Shown in pieces: positions 53,666-64,000 of a stretch of 64,000 nucleotides of DNA (position 1 is its first letter; every line of letters begins with the position of its first letter). This DNA is from Octopus sinensis (taxonomy: Eukaryota), in assembly GCF_006345805.1 (NCBI RefSeq), contig NC_043008.1, positions 19,530,001 through 19,594,000 on the forward strand. Direction: 5' to 3'. Under the pieces are notes generated by a model. The model searched no databases. It worked only from the letters and a program-made list of their open reading frames with translations, and was not told the origin of the DNA. A program made the translations under genes and the position numbers.

Positions 53666-54049
53666 AGCCAAGACGGAACAGATATTTTCACGAGGCATTT
53701 CCGACCCTGCCAAGGCAATATCTGACCTAAAATTTTCAAATCATCGCACTCGCGCCAAATTTATCGGCAGCAAATAAATATAAGCCGTCGATTCCATTAC
53801 GGAATTAACCAGAAAATTCATAATTAATCAATATAGGGTGGCAAAAAAAATTTTGTAGAATTTTTTTGCCACCAGCGGCCTAGTGGGAAAAAATTAAATA
53901 GTCATAGACCATTTTTAAGTTCAACATCAACAATCAAGGAACGGCCATAATAGGCCATTCACCCACTAGAAATAACAGCCAAAGCTTCAACCGCAAATAA
54001 AAATCAATTCCGTAAACCAGGAGAAAATTTAAAAAACATTTACCCTGTA

Positions 54050-54156
54050 ATTTCTTATACGATGCACCGTTTCATCTGCTGTTTAATGGTAAACTAACCT
54101 GATTAAATTAAATCAAGCCAATCTTCCATAGGCCCTCAGATTCTTCAGTAAGAAAT
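54050..54156 (-). ncRNA. Type I hammerhead ribozyme, array copy 3
   Basis: Same structure. Confidence 0.85.
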
Positions 54157-54486
54157 AGCCAAGACGGAACAGATATTTTCACGAGGCATTTCCGACCCTG
54201 CCATGGCCGTTCCTTGATTGTTGATGTTGAACTTAAAAATGGTCTATGACTATTTAATTTTTTCCCACTAGGCCGCTGGTGGCAAAAAAATTCTACAAAA
54301 TTTTTTTTTGCCACCCTATATTGATTAATTATGAATTTTCTGGTTAATTCCGTAATGGAATCGACGGCTTATATTTATTTGCTGCCGATAAATTTGGCGC
54401 GAGTGCGATGATTTGAAAATTTTAGGTCAGATATTGCCTTGGCAGGGTCGGAAATGCCTCGTGAAAATATCTGTTCCGTCTTGGCT

Positions 54487-54593
54487 ATTTCTTACTGAAG
54501 AATCTGAGGGCCTATGGACGATTGGCTTGATTTAATTTAATCAGGTTAGTTTACCATTAAACAGCAGATGAAACGGTGCATCGTATAAGAAAT
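54487..54593 (+). ncRNA. Type I hammerhead ribozyme, inverted arm
   Basis: Stem I ATTTCTTA/TAAGAAAT; core CTGAAGA at 54495-54501; stem II ATCTG/CAGAT with 58-nt loop; GAAA at 54570-73; stem III ACGGT-GC-ATCGT; GUA cleavage triplet, cut after 54585. Confidence 0.85.
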
Positions 54594-54830
54594 TACAGGG
54601 TAAATGTTTTTTTAAATTTTCTCTTGGTTTACGGAATTGATTTTTATTTGCGGTTGAAGCTTTGGCTGTTATTTCTAGTGGGTGAATGGCCTATTATGGC
54701 CGTTCCTTGATTGTTGATGTTGAACTTAAAAATGGTCTATGACTATTTAATTTTTTTCCACTAGGCCGCTGGTGGCAAAAAAATTCTACAAAATTTTTTT
54801 TTGGCACCCTATATTGATTAATAAATATAT

Positions 54831-54877
<47 letters not shown>

Positions 54878-55207
54878 AGTGTGTATGTACGTGTTTGTGT
54901 GTGTAATGTATGACTGTGTTGCTTGTGCTTGTGTGTGTGTGTGTGTGTGTGTGAATTTGTGCCTGTGTTATATTGTATAAAAACTCTATCAGACTCAAGT
55001 CTGTCAAACAGTTTTCATGTGTCGTTATGATTAAGAAAAAACAATATAACATGGTTCATTAATAATTCAAAACCTTGTTTCAGTAACTTCCGTATATAAT
55101 GACGGTAAGTTTTAAAACGCTAATTGTCTTTTGTAGTTTATTAATGAAAATACGATAGTTTTTATATATTTTATAAGCTTATTCTTAAAGAAACGAAGGT
55201 GTTATAT

Positions 55208-55786
55208 TCTGTTGTGACTGGGGAGAGTCATTTACTTTTTGTGCCTTATTATTTAACACACTCACCGGTAAAATTTCCACTTTTTTCTTATGTTTATTTC
55301 ACTAAAATTTTCGTTGCGTTTTGCCACCTTTTCTATAGTTTTAACTCTGTCCGTTATTTACACTGCGCTCCCTTTTGGTTGCTTGCGCGCATGTGTGTGG
55401 GTCAGTGCGTGTGTGTGTGCCTATACATGCATGTATGTACGTATGTATGTGTGTGTGTTTTTGCATGTGTATGTATGTATATATGTGTGTGTATGCATAT
55501 GTATATATGTATGTATGTGTGTGCATCTGTATGTACGAATCCTGTATATTTATGTGCTTGCCTGTCCGTGTTTGTGTATTTTCTATGTATGTGTGTGTGA
55601 GCATGTGTTTGTATATATATGCACCCCTGTCTCCTTGTGTGTGCATGTCTGTGTGTGTGTTTGTGTTATGCAACTATGTACTTAAATAATAAGGCACAAA
55701 AAGAAAATGACTCTCCCCAGACACAACAGAATACGCTTCAACACACGAACTCATATAAAGAATCTTGCAAACCAAATCCAAAAAAG
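55208..55786. mobile_element. Asymmetric fold-back element, family P1, centre occupied by (TG)n-rich sequence
   Basis: Arms homologous to 512-773 and the same 3' end CAAACCAAATCCAAAAA. 13-bp TSD GAAGGTGTTATAT at 55195-55207 and 55787-55799. Confidence 0.8.
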
Positions 55787-56150
55787 GAAGGTGTTATATA
55801 TTTTCTAAGAAACATAGTCCTATCTTCAAAATAACAAGCTTCAAAGAAAAATGCTTTTATTTCAAGAGAATCTTTTCATTTGTTGAGTTACATTGTATCT
55901 GCGACGGAGGATCTGTAAGATATAGAAAATTAACATATATTTGGTTTGAACTGAATAATATACTAATTACGTGTCGCTCTCCCGCGATTCGGCTCGCACC
56001 ACATACATATTCATACATAATTATTCCCATTTACTTATGTGTGAGTGTGTGTGTGTGTGTGTCCGTATATACAGTATCAATACAATGAATGGTAAAAATG
56101 ATAGCTTATAAAATACAATATCAGCTTAACGCTTTAACAGTTTATGCCTT

Positions 56151-56757
56151 TGTAACGAACTTGATGAGTGAGGATATAAAGTCTTGTACTTTCGGGGTAC
56201 AAGAAAGCAATCACTCACTAGCCGTTGCTTTAATAATCCAGAATTCTACCAGTCAGAAACAACAAGACGCAGACGTAAAATATATATATACTACTTTATT
56301 CTCTTTCTTGGTAATAATAACAATAAGTGTGTTATCTGATGTCCTTGGTTCGGGGCGCGCAAGGCTGAAAGTTAATCGATTGTAATATTTACAATATTCA
56401 GCCGCTAAACCAGAACGGGTTCAAGATGGCGTCGAACAGGGAAGATGATGTCTGCAACAATCCAGGTTAAAGGCCTTTTGGTAAGGACTGCTAGAAGCAA
56501 GTTCGAACGGAGAGAAAATATGCGTGACCGTCTCCTTCAATCGCTGCTGTCCCAAGTCGCCGCTGCTGCTGCCAGCAGTCAACCGTTCTACGACCCCCTT
56601 ACCTTGGCTAACCACCAGGTAGGCAAAAGGGTCGTGCTTCCGGTGGTTCGCGCATGCGCGAGAGGGCCCTTCCTTTCTGTGCCTTGGTGAAGGCACCAAC
56701 ACGCGCGAAATAGAAAATGGACGGTGCGCGCGCGCGCACCGTTATAGTTTCAATACA
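56151..56757 (-). repeat. 3' LTR
   Basis: Direct repeat of 58288-58894 with about 6 substitutions and 3 small indels. Confidence 0.95.
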
Positions 56758-56760
56758 AGG

Positions 56761-56769
56761 CTCCCCTCC
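56761..56769 (-). other. Polypurine tract
   Basis: GGAGGGGAG, 3 nt upstream of the 3' LTR. Confidence 0.75.
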
Positions 56770-58268
56770 AGTGCGTACGCACGAAAGGAAACTTATTGTA
56801 GTGACTGCAAAACTCAAGGTGGACACCAGATAACCAAATAGCACACAATAATATAATGGCAAAATTTATAACATACACAAGAAATTTACTAAAGGAAAAA
56901 GAGAAAAAATACTCAATGAGCAAAAATCAAGAGTGCATGCATGAAAGTGTATACGTCACAAAGTATAAACCCTTCCGCTGAAAGGAGGGGAGGGAAAGCA
57001 AAACTCACAGTTAATGAACCTAAACGAAATTAAAATCCAACTTCTCTAAAGGTGTTGATCCTGCAAAATAGCAGTTAAATCAATTGCTTGCAGGAGAGAG
57101 GAATGGAATTGTTAGAAGCTCGCTAGTAACACAAAAGGCAAAAGTTGCAAACATGCTGGTGTGATGCGCGACACAGATAATTTTCTGTTAATTACGTGAC
57201 CAACAGTGTTCTAACAGGGAAAATAATTACGCCTAAACGGCGCAGCGCATGTGACTCCGACGTCCTATGAGTCGGGAAAAACTAAGCTACTGCAAACGTG
57301 TTGCAAAAAACAAGGCAAGTACACGTGCGAAGCAAGCGGCGCATGAAATGCAATAGAGCTTGCCAGACCGAAAAACAGCAATAATATGCCAGTGGTTAAG
57401 CGATTATATGCTTCGTTCGTATAGGACAAAAGTATGACATGCTGGCGCGTTATAATGGACAAACAACCCTCTCTATGTATACGTGACCGCTAGGGTCTAT
57501 AGAAATGAGGGGTGTCCACAAAAGGCAAATTAGCATGGAACAAAACAAGCGAGAAAAGCATGTGTGACGTATGTATGTGAGAGAGAGCATTTATGTGTGT
57601 GTACGTGTGTGCGACAGAAATATATACAAGGTGAATGCGAGCAAAATATAAAAACAGCGCATAGAAAAATGTTTCTCAAGGCTATTCCAGACAAGAGTAA
57701 TTTACCAGTCTTTAATAGCCTGATTACACAATAGCAGTTCGTTCTGTACAGAATGTTGAGATCACAAATGCAGATGCCATTGGACACATATCGTGTAACG
57801 GTTGTGGCTTCAATGCTGTGACAGGTTAACTGGAACAGAAGAAATCTCGTAGATAGTGCTGGGCTGTGAATTCTTGGTGTGCTAATGCACAATCGGCAAG
57901 TGGACCAAACTTCCGCGAGTTGCTATGTACATCTTGGTGGAGGTCGACGGTTTTGAAAGGCGACGGTGGTGGTGGCGACTGTAGTGGACTTGAGACAACA
58001 TCGTTCTTAGTGATGATGGCGACGAAGATAGCGACGACGTGATGTAGAAAAACGACGATGGCGATGACGAAGGTGGAGAGAAAAGGCATCGAATATATGA
58101 TGGCGTCCGTCATCATGGCTTGTAGAATAAGAAAGGCTCCTTCTACAACAACTGTTGTGGTGGCCGGAAACAAATCGTCGAAGATGAATGCGTAGAGTTA
58201 AATCGTGTTCCGACTTCGCAGAAGAACTGGATTCTTTGTTGATTAGTGATCTCTGGTTTTAGACCAGA

Positions 58269-58286
58269 ATCACGTCGGGGTCACCA
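58269..58286 (-). other. Primer-binding site complementary to tRNA-Trp 3' end
   Basis: TGGTGACCCCGACGTGAT, 1 nt after the 5' LTR. Animal tRNA-Trp ends ATCACGTCGGGGTCA-CCA. Confidence 0.9.
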
Positions 58287-58287
58287 C

Positions 58288-58894
58288 TGTAACGAACTTG
58301 ATGAGTGAGGATATAAAGTCTTGTACTTTCGGTACAAGAAAGCAATCACTCACTAGCCTTTGCTTTAATAATCCAGAATTCTACCAGTCAGAAACAACAA
58401 GACGCAAGACGTAAAATATATATATACTACTTTATTCTCTTTCTTGGTAATAATAACAATAAGTGTGTTAATCTGATGTCCTTGGTTCGGGGCGCGCAAG
58501 GCTGAAAGTTAATCGATTGTAATATTTACAATATTCAGCCGCTAAACCAGAACGGGTTCAAGATGGCGTCGAACAGGGAAGATGATGTCTGCAACAATCC
58601 AGGTTAAAGGCCTTTTGGTAAGGACTGCTAGAAGCAAGTTCGAACGGAGAGAAAATATGCGTGACCGTCTCCTTCAATCGCTGCTGTCCCAAGTCGCCGC
58701 TGCTGCTGCCAGCGGTCAAACGTTCTACGACCCCCTTACCTTGGCTAACCACCAGGTAGGCAAAAGGGTCGTGCTTCCGGTGGTTCGCGCATGCGCGAGA
58801 GAGCCCTTCCTTTCTGTGCCTTGGTGAAGGCACCAACACGCGCGAAATAGAAAATGGACGGTGCGCGCGCGCGCACCATTATAGTTTCACTACA
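58288..58894 (-). repeat. 5' LTR
   Basis: TG...CA ends, followed by the PBS. Confidence 0.95.
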
Positions 58895-59062
58895 CCTTCA
58901 ATTTTCGGATATTATCTTTTCATAGGAAGATAGTAGATGCGTTTAGTGAGCGTAAAGATTATGAACACAACAGCATAAAAGCTAGGAAACATGTAATGAC
59001 TGTTCTAAGGCAGCTGCTATTTAAATACATATGTATATATGCATGCTTATACCCACATATTA

Positions 59063-59292
59063 AGGAGCACTCCGTCGGTTACGTCGACGACGGTTCCAGC
59101 TGATACGATCAACGGAAGATCATGCTCGTGAAATTGACAGCCAAGAGGCTGAGTAATCCACAGACACGTGTACTCTTAACGTAGTTCTCTAGGAGATTCA
59201 GCGTGACACAGAGTGTGACAAGGCTGGCCATTTGAAATACAGGTACTACTCACTTTTTGCCAGTTGAGTGAACTGAAGCTCAAGGACACACC
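59063..59292 (-). mobile_element. Chimeric SINE: family A tail on a family E (CORE-like) body
   Basis: GCACTCCGTCGGTTACG...GAAATACAGGTAC (tail A) continues into CAGTTGAGTGAACTGAAGCTCAAGGACAC. Confidence 0.7.
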
Positions 59293-59421
59293 GAGATATT
59301 TATACACACAAACACCACGTGTCCTCTGCATGTGCATGAATGTACGCCTGCGTATATGTATGCATGTATGTATGTATATATGCATACATGTATGTATGTA
59401 TGTATGTATGTATATATACAT

Positions 59422-59454
<33 letters not shown>

Positions 59455-59569
59455 ATATATATATATATATATGAGCGTTACACTAATACATCTGTTTGTT
59501 TTGTACACCACCTGTCTTCGTCTTTTGTTTTTTTCGTAACCTCTCCCCATATATATTTATATATATATA

Positions 59570-59609
<40 letters not shown>

Positions 59610-59611
<2 letters not shown>

Positions 59612-59820
59612 TTAATCCAAACATGAACAAAGAGAAAACTCAACAACGCGAGGATGTGGAACAAGTATAGTATTCTTGGACATTCAGGAAATGAAAGAAA
59701 GAAGGAAGAATTAACGTTTCGAGCGGGGCTCTTCGTCAGAAATATAGAAAAAAAGAAAATGTCCAAGGAAGGGAAGACAGAGAAAAAAAATCGCCAACGA
59801 TACACACGCTGTCACATATT
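59610..59820 (-). mobile_element. Family H short repeat with minimal HHR-like motif
   Basis: CTGACGA-A-GAGC-CCC-GCTC-GAAAC-GTT at ~59712-59745. Lies in (TA)n. Confidence 0.5.
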
Positions 59821-60180
59821 GAACACTCAGCTATATAGCGTGTATGTTTCTAGCTGCCTTCATTTCTAAATATACTTCGTTTATTTGTGATCATATACGC
59901 ATCATCGTTATTAAATTTATATACAGAAAATTAATTTATTTGTCATATGCTAATGGTACACTATTCTCAAGAGAAGTGGCATGCAATTCAACTCATCCAC
60001 AGTCTGGTAGTTCAATTGTTTCTGATCGCTTATACCGATAGAATTCTCAATTGTTGTTAATCATTTTAGCGTGTATTAACAAATCTGTTTGTTAAATTAC
60101 TATATAGAACTTTACTCGCGACTCAATTATTAAGTTCCACATCAGATCAAATGGGGAAACAATAATCAACTATTTACCTG

Positions 60181-60225
<45 letters not shown>

Positions 60226-60398
60226 GATTAATTGCTTTTATTACAAATATGGTGATCATAGCATAGACAGAGATCAGATGGATGCTTGTATTGTACATGA
60301 ATTCCTGCAGCTCTTTACAGTATAACTCAATAATTAAAATATATAAATTTCGGCGAAGGAAGTAACTGAATCGGACTAAAGGCATATATGTATGTGCA

Positions 60399-60457
<59 letters not shown>

Positions 60458-60499
60458 GATAAAGGCAATTAATCCACATTCATATATATATAAAGTGTC

Positions 60500-60767
60500 T
60501 CCTACTATATAGTCTCGGGCCAACAAAAGCCTTGTGAATGGATTTGGTAGACGGAAACTGAAAGATGTCCGTCGTATATATATATATTTATATATATATA
60601 TATTTATATATATATATTATATATATACACACATATACGGTGTGTTTAAGTCACCAGAACATAGGAGCTAAGCAAAGGAGTGGGTCCTGGGGCCGATTTG
60701 TAGGCATAGAGGCGATGCTACAGCATGGCCGCAGTCAAATGACTGAAACCAAAGTAAAATCATAAAA

Positions 60768-60770
<3 letters not shown>
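60500..60770 (+). mobile_element. SINE family D, 5'-truncated and diverged
   Basis: GCCTTGTGAATGGATTTGGTAGACGGAAACTGAAAG...CAGCATGGCCGCAGTCAAATGACTGAAAC. Confidence 0.8.
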
Positions 60771-60817
<47 letters not shown>

Positions 60818-60984
60818 AAAGGATGTGTTATAATACTATTCCATAGCCATACCAACAATCCAACATACCTCCATCATCAGCTGCCTCACGGATATCATCA
60901 TGGTTTCGACACCTGAGCAGTGCCATTCAATTCAGGGATGTCAACAGCTATAAAAGAAGTGTTGCTTGTTAACAAACAAACAAA

Positions 60985-61655
60985 CCAAAGAAACCACAAC
61001 TTTCAAAGACATTTATTCGAGAAAATAACATTCTTCTGTTGCTCTAGGGGACAATTCTGTAGATTTTTACTCCACTGTAAATGCTTTGCAACGTTTGAAA
61101 GTAGTGGTTTTCTGATTGCAGCCTTCCCGTGAAATCTGGCTTTGTGCAGTTACCGGTGAATAGTTTACGTTGAAACTGGGTTCTTGAGGTGGTCGTTAAG
61201 TTCTGCAGTAATTTTGGGAGCTGTACTTTTGTGATCCTTTCTAATAATTCGTATAAGAGTCTGACGGTCCCTATCTGAATGTCTTGGGTTTCTTCCGGGG
61301 CTCTGTATCGACGAGGAGGTTTTTCCCTCTTTCTCAAAGGCTGCCATTACTTTCGCGACAGTACTTCTTGACAGAGCAAACATTTCGGTTGATTTTGTTA
61401 CGTCAGCGCCTACCACACGAGCACCAACAATTTGATCGGTTAGAAATTACGATAGGTCTGTCATTTTAATGAATTTTAATTAACTTTTTTTCTGGTAATA
61501 TCTGAACAGAAACACAATTTTAGCAAAACATATTAAGCAACACTAGTAATAAATAAAAAAATATAAAAAATAAACAAGCTGTTCACGGTCTTATAGATAT
61601 TTCAAAATTATGATACCATGTTACTAGCTGTCACCATTATTTCGTCCAACCGTTG
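60985..61655 (-). mobile_element. Tc1/mariner transposon fossil (5' TIR and N-terminal transposase)
   Basis: ATG at 61464; MTDLS*..QIVGARVVGADVTKSTEMFALSRSTVAKVMAAFEKEGKTSS..GR..SDRDRQTLIRIIRKDHKSTAPKITAELNDHLKNPVST..FHGKAAIRKPLLS. TIR-like CAACGGTTGGACGAAATAATGG. Confidence 0.88.
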
Positions 61656-61899
61656 TGTGTGTGTCTCTCTCTCTACTTATATATATATATATATATATGA
61701 TGGCTGCAAACTCGTTTTCGAGTATTAGCATCGCCTGACCGAAAGTCCCACGTCCCAAGTCTTATGTTTATGCTCAAGCGACGTCTGTACGTGATGATTT
61801 GTAATAGTGGGGAAAACCTGCGACACTGAAAAATATATATGTGTTTGTATACACACATAAACAGAGAGTGAGGGATAGATAGAAAGACAGAAGTATGTC

Positions 61900-62096
61900 C
61901 GGCAGTCACTACGATAAATCGGTAGCCACTACACACATCTTTTTCTCTCATTGTTTTTTTCTGTGCACCTTTCTGTAGAAGAGCGTAGGTTCGAAACGTA
62001 GAAGACTTTTTCAATTCCTGAGCATTATACTAATACATCTGTTTGTTTTGTACACCACCTGTCTTCGTTTTCTGGATTTTTCGTGAACTGTCCCCC

Positions 62097-62100
<4 letters not shown>
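61900..62100 (+). mobile_element. Family G repeat with variant HHR-like motif
   Basis: CTTT-CTGTAGA-A-GAGC-GTAG-GTTC-GAAAC-GTA-GAAG at 61969-62004. Confidence 0.6.
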
Positions 62101-62130
<30 letters not shown>

Positions 62131-62132
<2 letters not shown>

Positions 62133-62492
62133 GTGGTAAGTAGCTTGCTTACCAACCACATGGTCCCATCGCGTGCCACCTTGGGCAGGTGTCTTCTACT
62201 GTAGCTTCGGCCCGATCAAAGCCTTGTGAGTGGATTTGGCAGACGGAAAGTGAAAGAAGCCCGTCGTATATATGTATATGTGTGTGTGTATATGTTTGCG
62301 TCTCTGTGTTTGTGCCTCCAACACCACTTGACAACCGATGCTGGTGTGTTTACGTCCCCGTAACTTAGCGGTTCGGCAAGTAGCCCGATAGAATAAGTAC
62401 TAGGCTTACAAAGAATAAGTCCTGGGGTCGACTAGTTCGACTAAAGGTGGTGCTCCTGTATGTCCGTAGTCAAATAACTGAAACAAGTTAAA
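62131..62492 (+). mobile_element. SINE family D
   Basis: Similarity to 6794-7368. Confidence 0.9.
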
Positions 62493-64000
62493 ATATATAT
62501 ACATAGAGAGAGAGAGAAAGGGAGAGGGAGAGAGATAGCAAGAGAGAGAAAGGGAAACATATATATAGAGAGAGAGGTGGAGGTTTTTGTTTTTTAAAAT
62601 TGATCCGCCTCCGATTCTCTATTCAAAAGCACAGTTCTTCCTCTTCATATCATAATATCAATTCTATTCATTTCGCGCCGTTTTTTTCGGTTCACAGGGA
62701 GTTTCCATATCGTTTACAGATGAGATCTAGCTGCTTATTAAATTATCTGGAACTGCTTCTGCGTATTGTCTTTCAATAAACAAGTTGGCGGCATGTATCT
62801 AATTAGTTAGATAACAGTTAACGTGTGTGGGTAGAAAAATATAAGTTTACATGCGTGCGTTTAATCAACATATCTAGAAAATTAAATAGTACGAAACTGC
62901 CTCATTACTTCTGTTGATTAATACTACTGTCAACGAATGTTCTGTTATGTAAATGAAGGCAATCGATAGCTGCTTCACATAGCATGTTTTGCAATGTGTG
63001 TAAGAGAGCATATTATTATGTAGAATAATATTAGCATCCTCATGTTGTTGTTAAGCAACGATTTTCAGCGTCAGGATTTTACAGAAATCCTTAAAGATAT
63101 GTAAGTGTCCATTGTTTGTCTAAACAATTAATCATTCCTTTTCACTCGCACAATCCGCTCATTCTCTCAATAATAATCCAAGGAATTATCTATATATTCT
63201 CACTTAAGTGATATGTCAATATTTCCAACAACGATGTTGTAAGCGACCTTGATCTAAGAGCGAGAGAACCTCTTAAACCGATTCTGCCATATAGAAGTTT
63301 AAAGAGGTGACACTTATCAGGTACCAAAGAAGGATTTAGCTACAGTCAAAGAGTAAAAAGAAACTAGTTTCAATCGTTACTGTAAGGATAATGGCAACAT
63401 CATGTTTCCGTATCAAATAAGATTTTAAACATCCGGATTAGGTAACATGAAAATATACTTCATCTCTTCGCTGTTGAAACAAATATATTCTTGGATGATA
63501 AAACTGAACAGCACTCTGTTACATAACATCGAAGAAAAAATCTAAATTTAATTAAAAGGAGTTGTATCAAGTGCGTATTGTAAGCATCTAGATGGAGTGC
63601 AAAAATAGAAGATATTAATTTTTCTCCCATATATAATATATTGATACAGTTAGTATATAACTGCTCAGAAGAAGCTCATTATTGCATTAAAACATATGAA
63701 GTCAAGAGAAGCAAAATCCGTTTTCGGAAATCCTTTGTACGATTTAAAAAAAAAAAATTATTATTACATTTGTAGACATTTAATTTGGACTCTGATGTCA
63801 TATAACCATTCCATTGTTAAAAATGCCTAAATATATGTGAGCTGTGAGATACGTTCTAATATGTTTTGTTAGGAAAATGCATTTTAATAAATGTGAATTC
63901 CTATTCCTGAACGCATGGCCTCTAGGTTTGTAGATGAGGGAGATTTATAATCCCTCTACACCCTCAAATCTATGTACACGTCATTAAAACAACTAAATGT

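Larger units (their letters stand above)
52950..54822. mobile_element. Retrozyme-like array: ~490-bp HHR-containing unit, 2.5 tandem copies plus 1.26 inverted copies
   Basis: Unit starts at 52951, 53442 and 53931. Inversion at GCCATGGC (~54200-54207). Copies differ at only a handful of positions. Flanked by ATAAA(TA)6CATGTA and ATAAA(TA)4CATGTA. Confidence 0.85.
56151..58894 (-). mobile_element. Non-autonomous Ty3/Gypsy LTR retrotransposon (CsRn1/Kabuki-like), 2744 bp
   Basis: Two 607-bp TG...CA LTRs, 4-bp TSD CCTT, tRNA-Trp PBS and PPT. The 1.5-kb interior has only decayed gag-like sequence (RKFGPLADC) and no recognisable RT or integrase. Confidence 0.92.

Noticed and set aside
52950-54822. 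490-bp array as a Helitron tandem, ordinary satellite or CRISPR
   Set aside because: The hairpin plus CTAG is internal rather than terminal, there are no unique spacers, and the HHR per unit with a TSD-like flank explains it better.
56421-58839. Duplicated 81-aa and 93-aa ORFs as a duplicated host gene
   Set aside because: They lie inside the two LTRs and resemble no protein I recognise.

Overview
AT-rich, microsatellite-dense eukaryotic genomic DNA. The SINE and microsatellite landscape looks like an octopod cephalopod; this is inference from remembered repeat families, not a database result. I find no confidently intact host gene, and most ORFs in the supplied track are microsatellite artefacts. 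The window contains several tRNA-derived SINE families, a young non-autonomous Ty3/Gypsy LTR element, two R4/Dong-type LINE fossils, a Tc1 fossil and a non-autonomous Helitron. The main result is a hammerhead ribozyme (HHR) based mobile RNA system. (1) A ~490-bp unit is repeated in tandem and then inverted at 52950-54822. Each full unit carries a complete type I HHR, as expected for a non-LTR retrozyme that could yield ~490-nt (circular) RNAs. (2) A near-perfect 456-bp palindrome at 39561-40016 holds two back-to-back HHRs. (3) Four asymmetric fold-back insertions from two families have 12-14 bp target-site duplications (TSDs) and a reproducible one-sided 3' extension. (4) Further solo or decayed HHRs are scattered through the window. 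All HHR structures were folded by eye; activity and novelty are untested.
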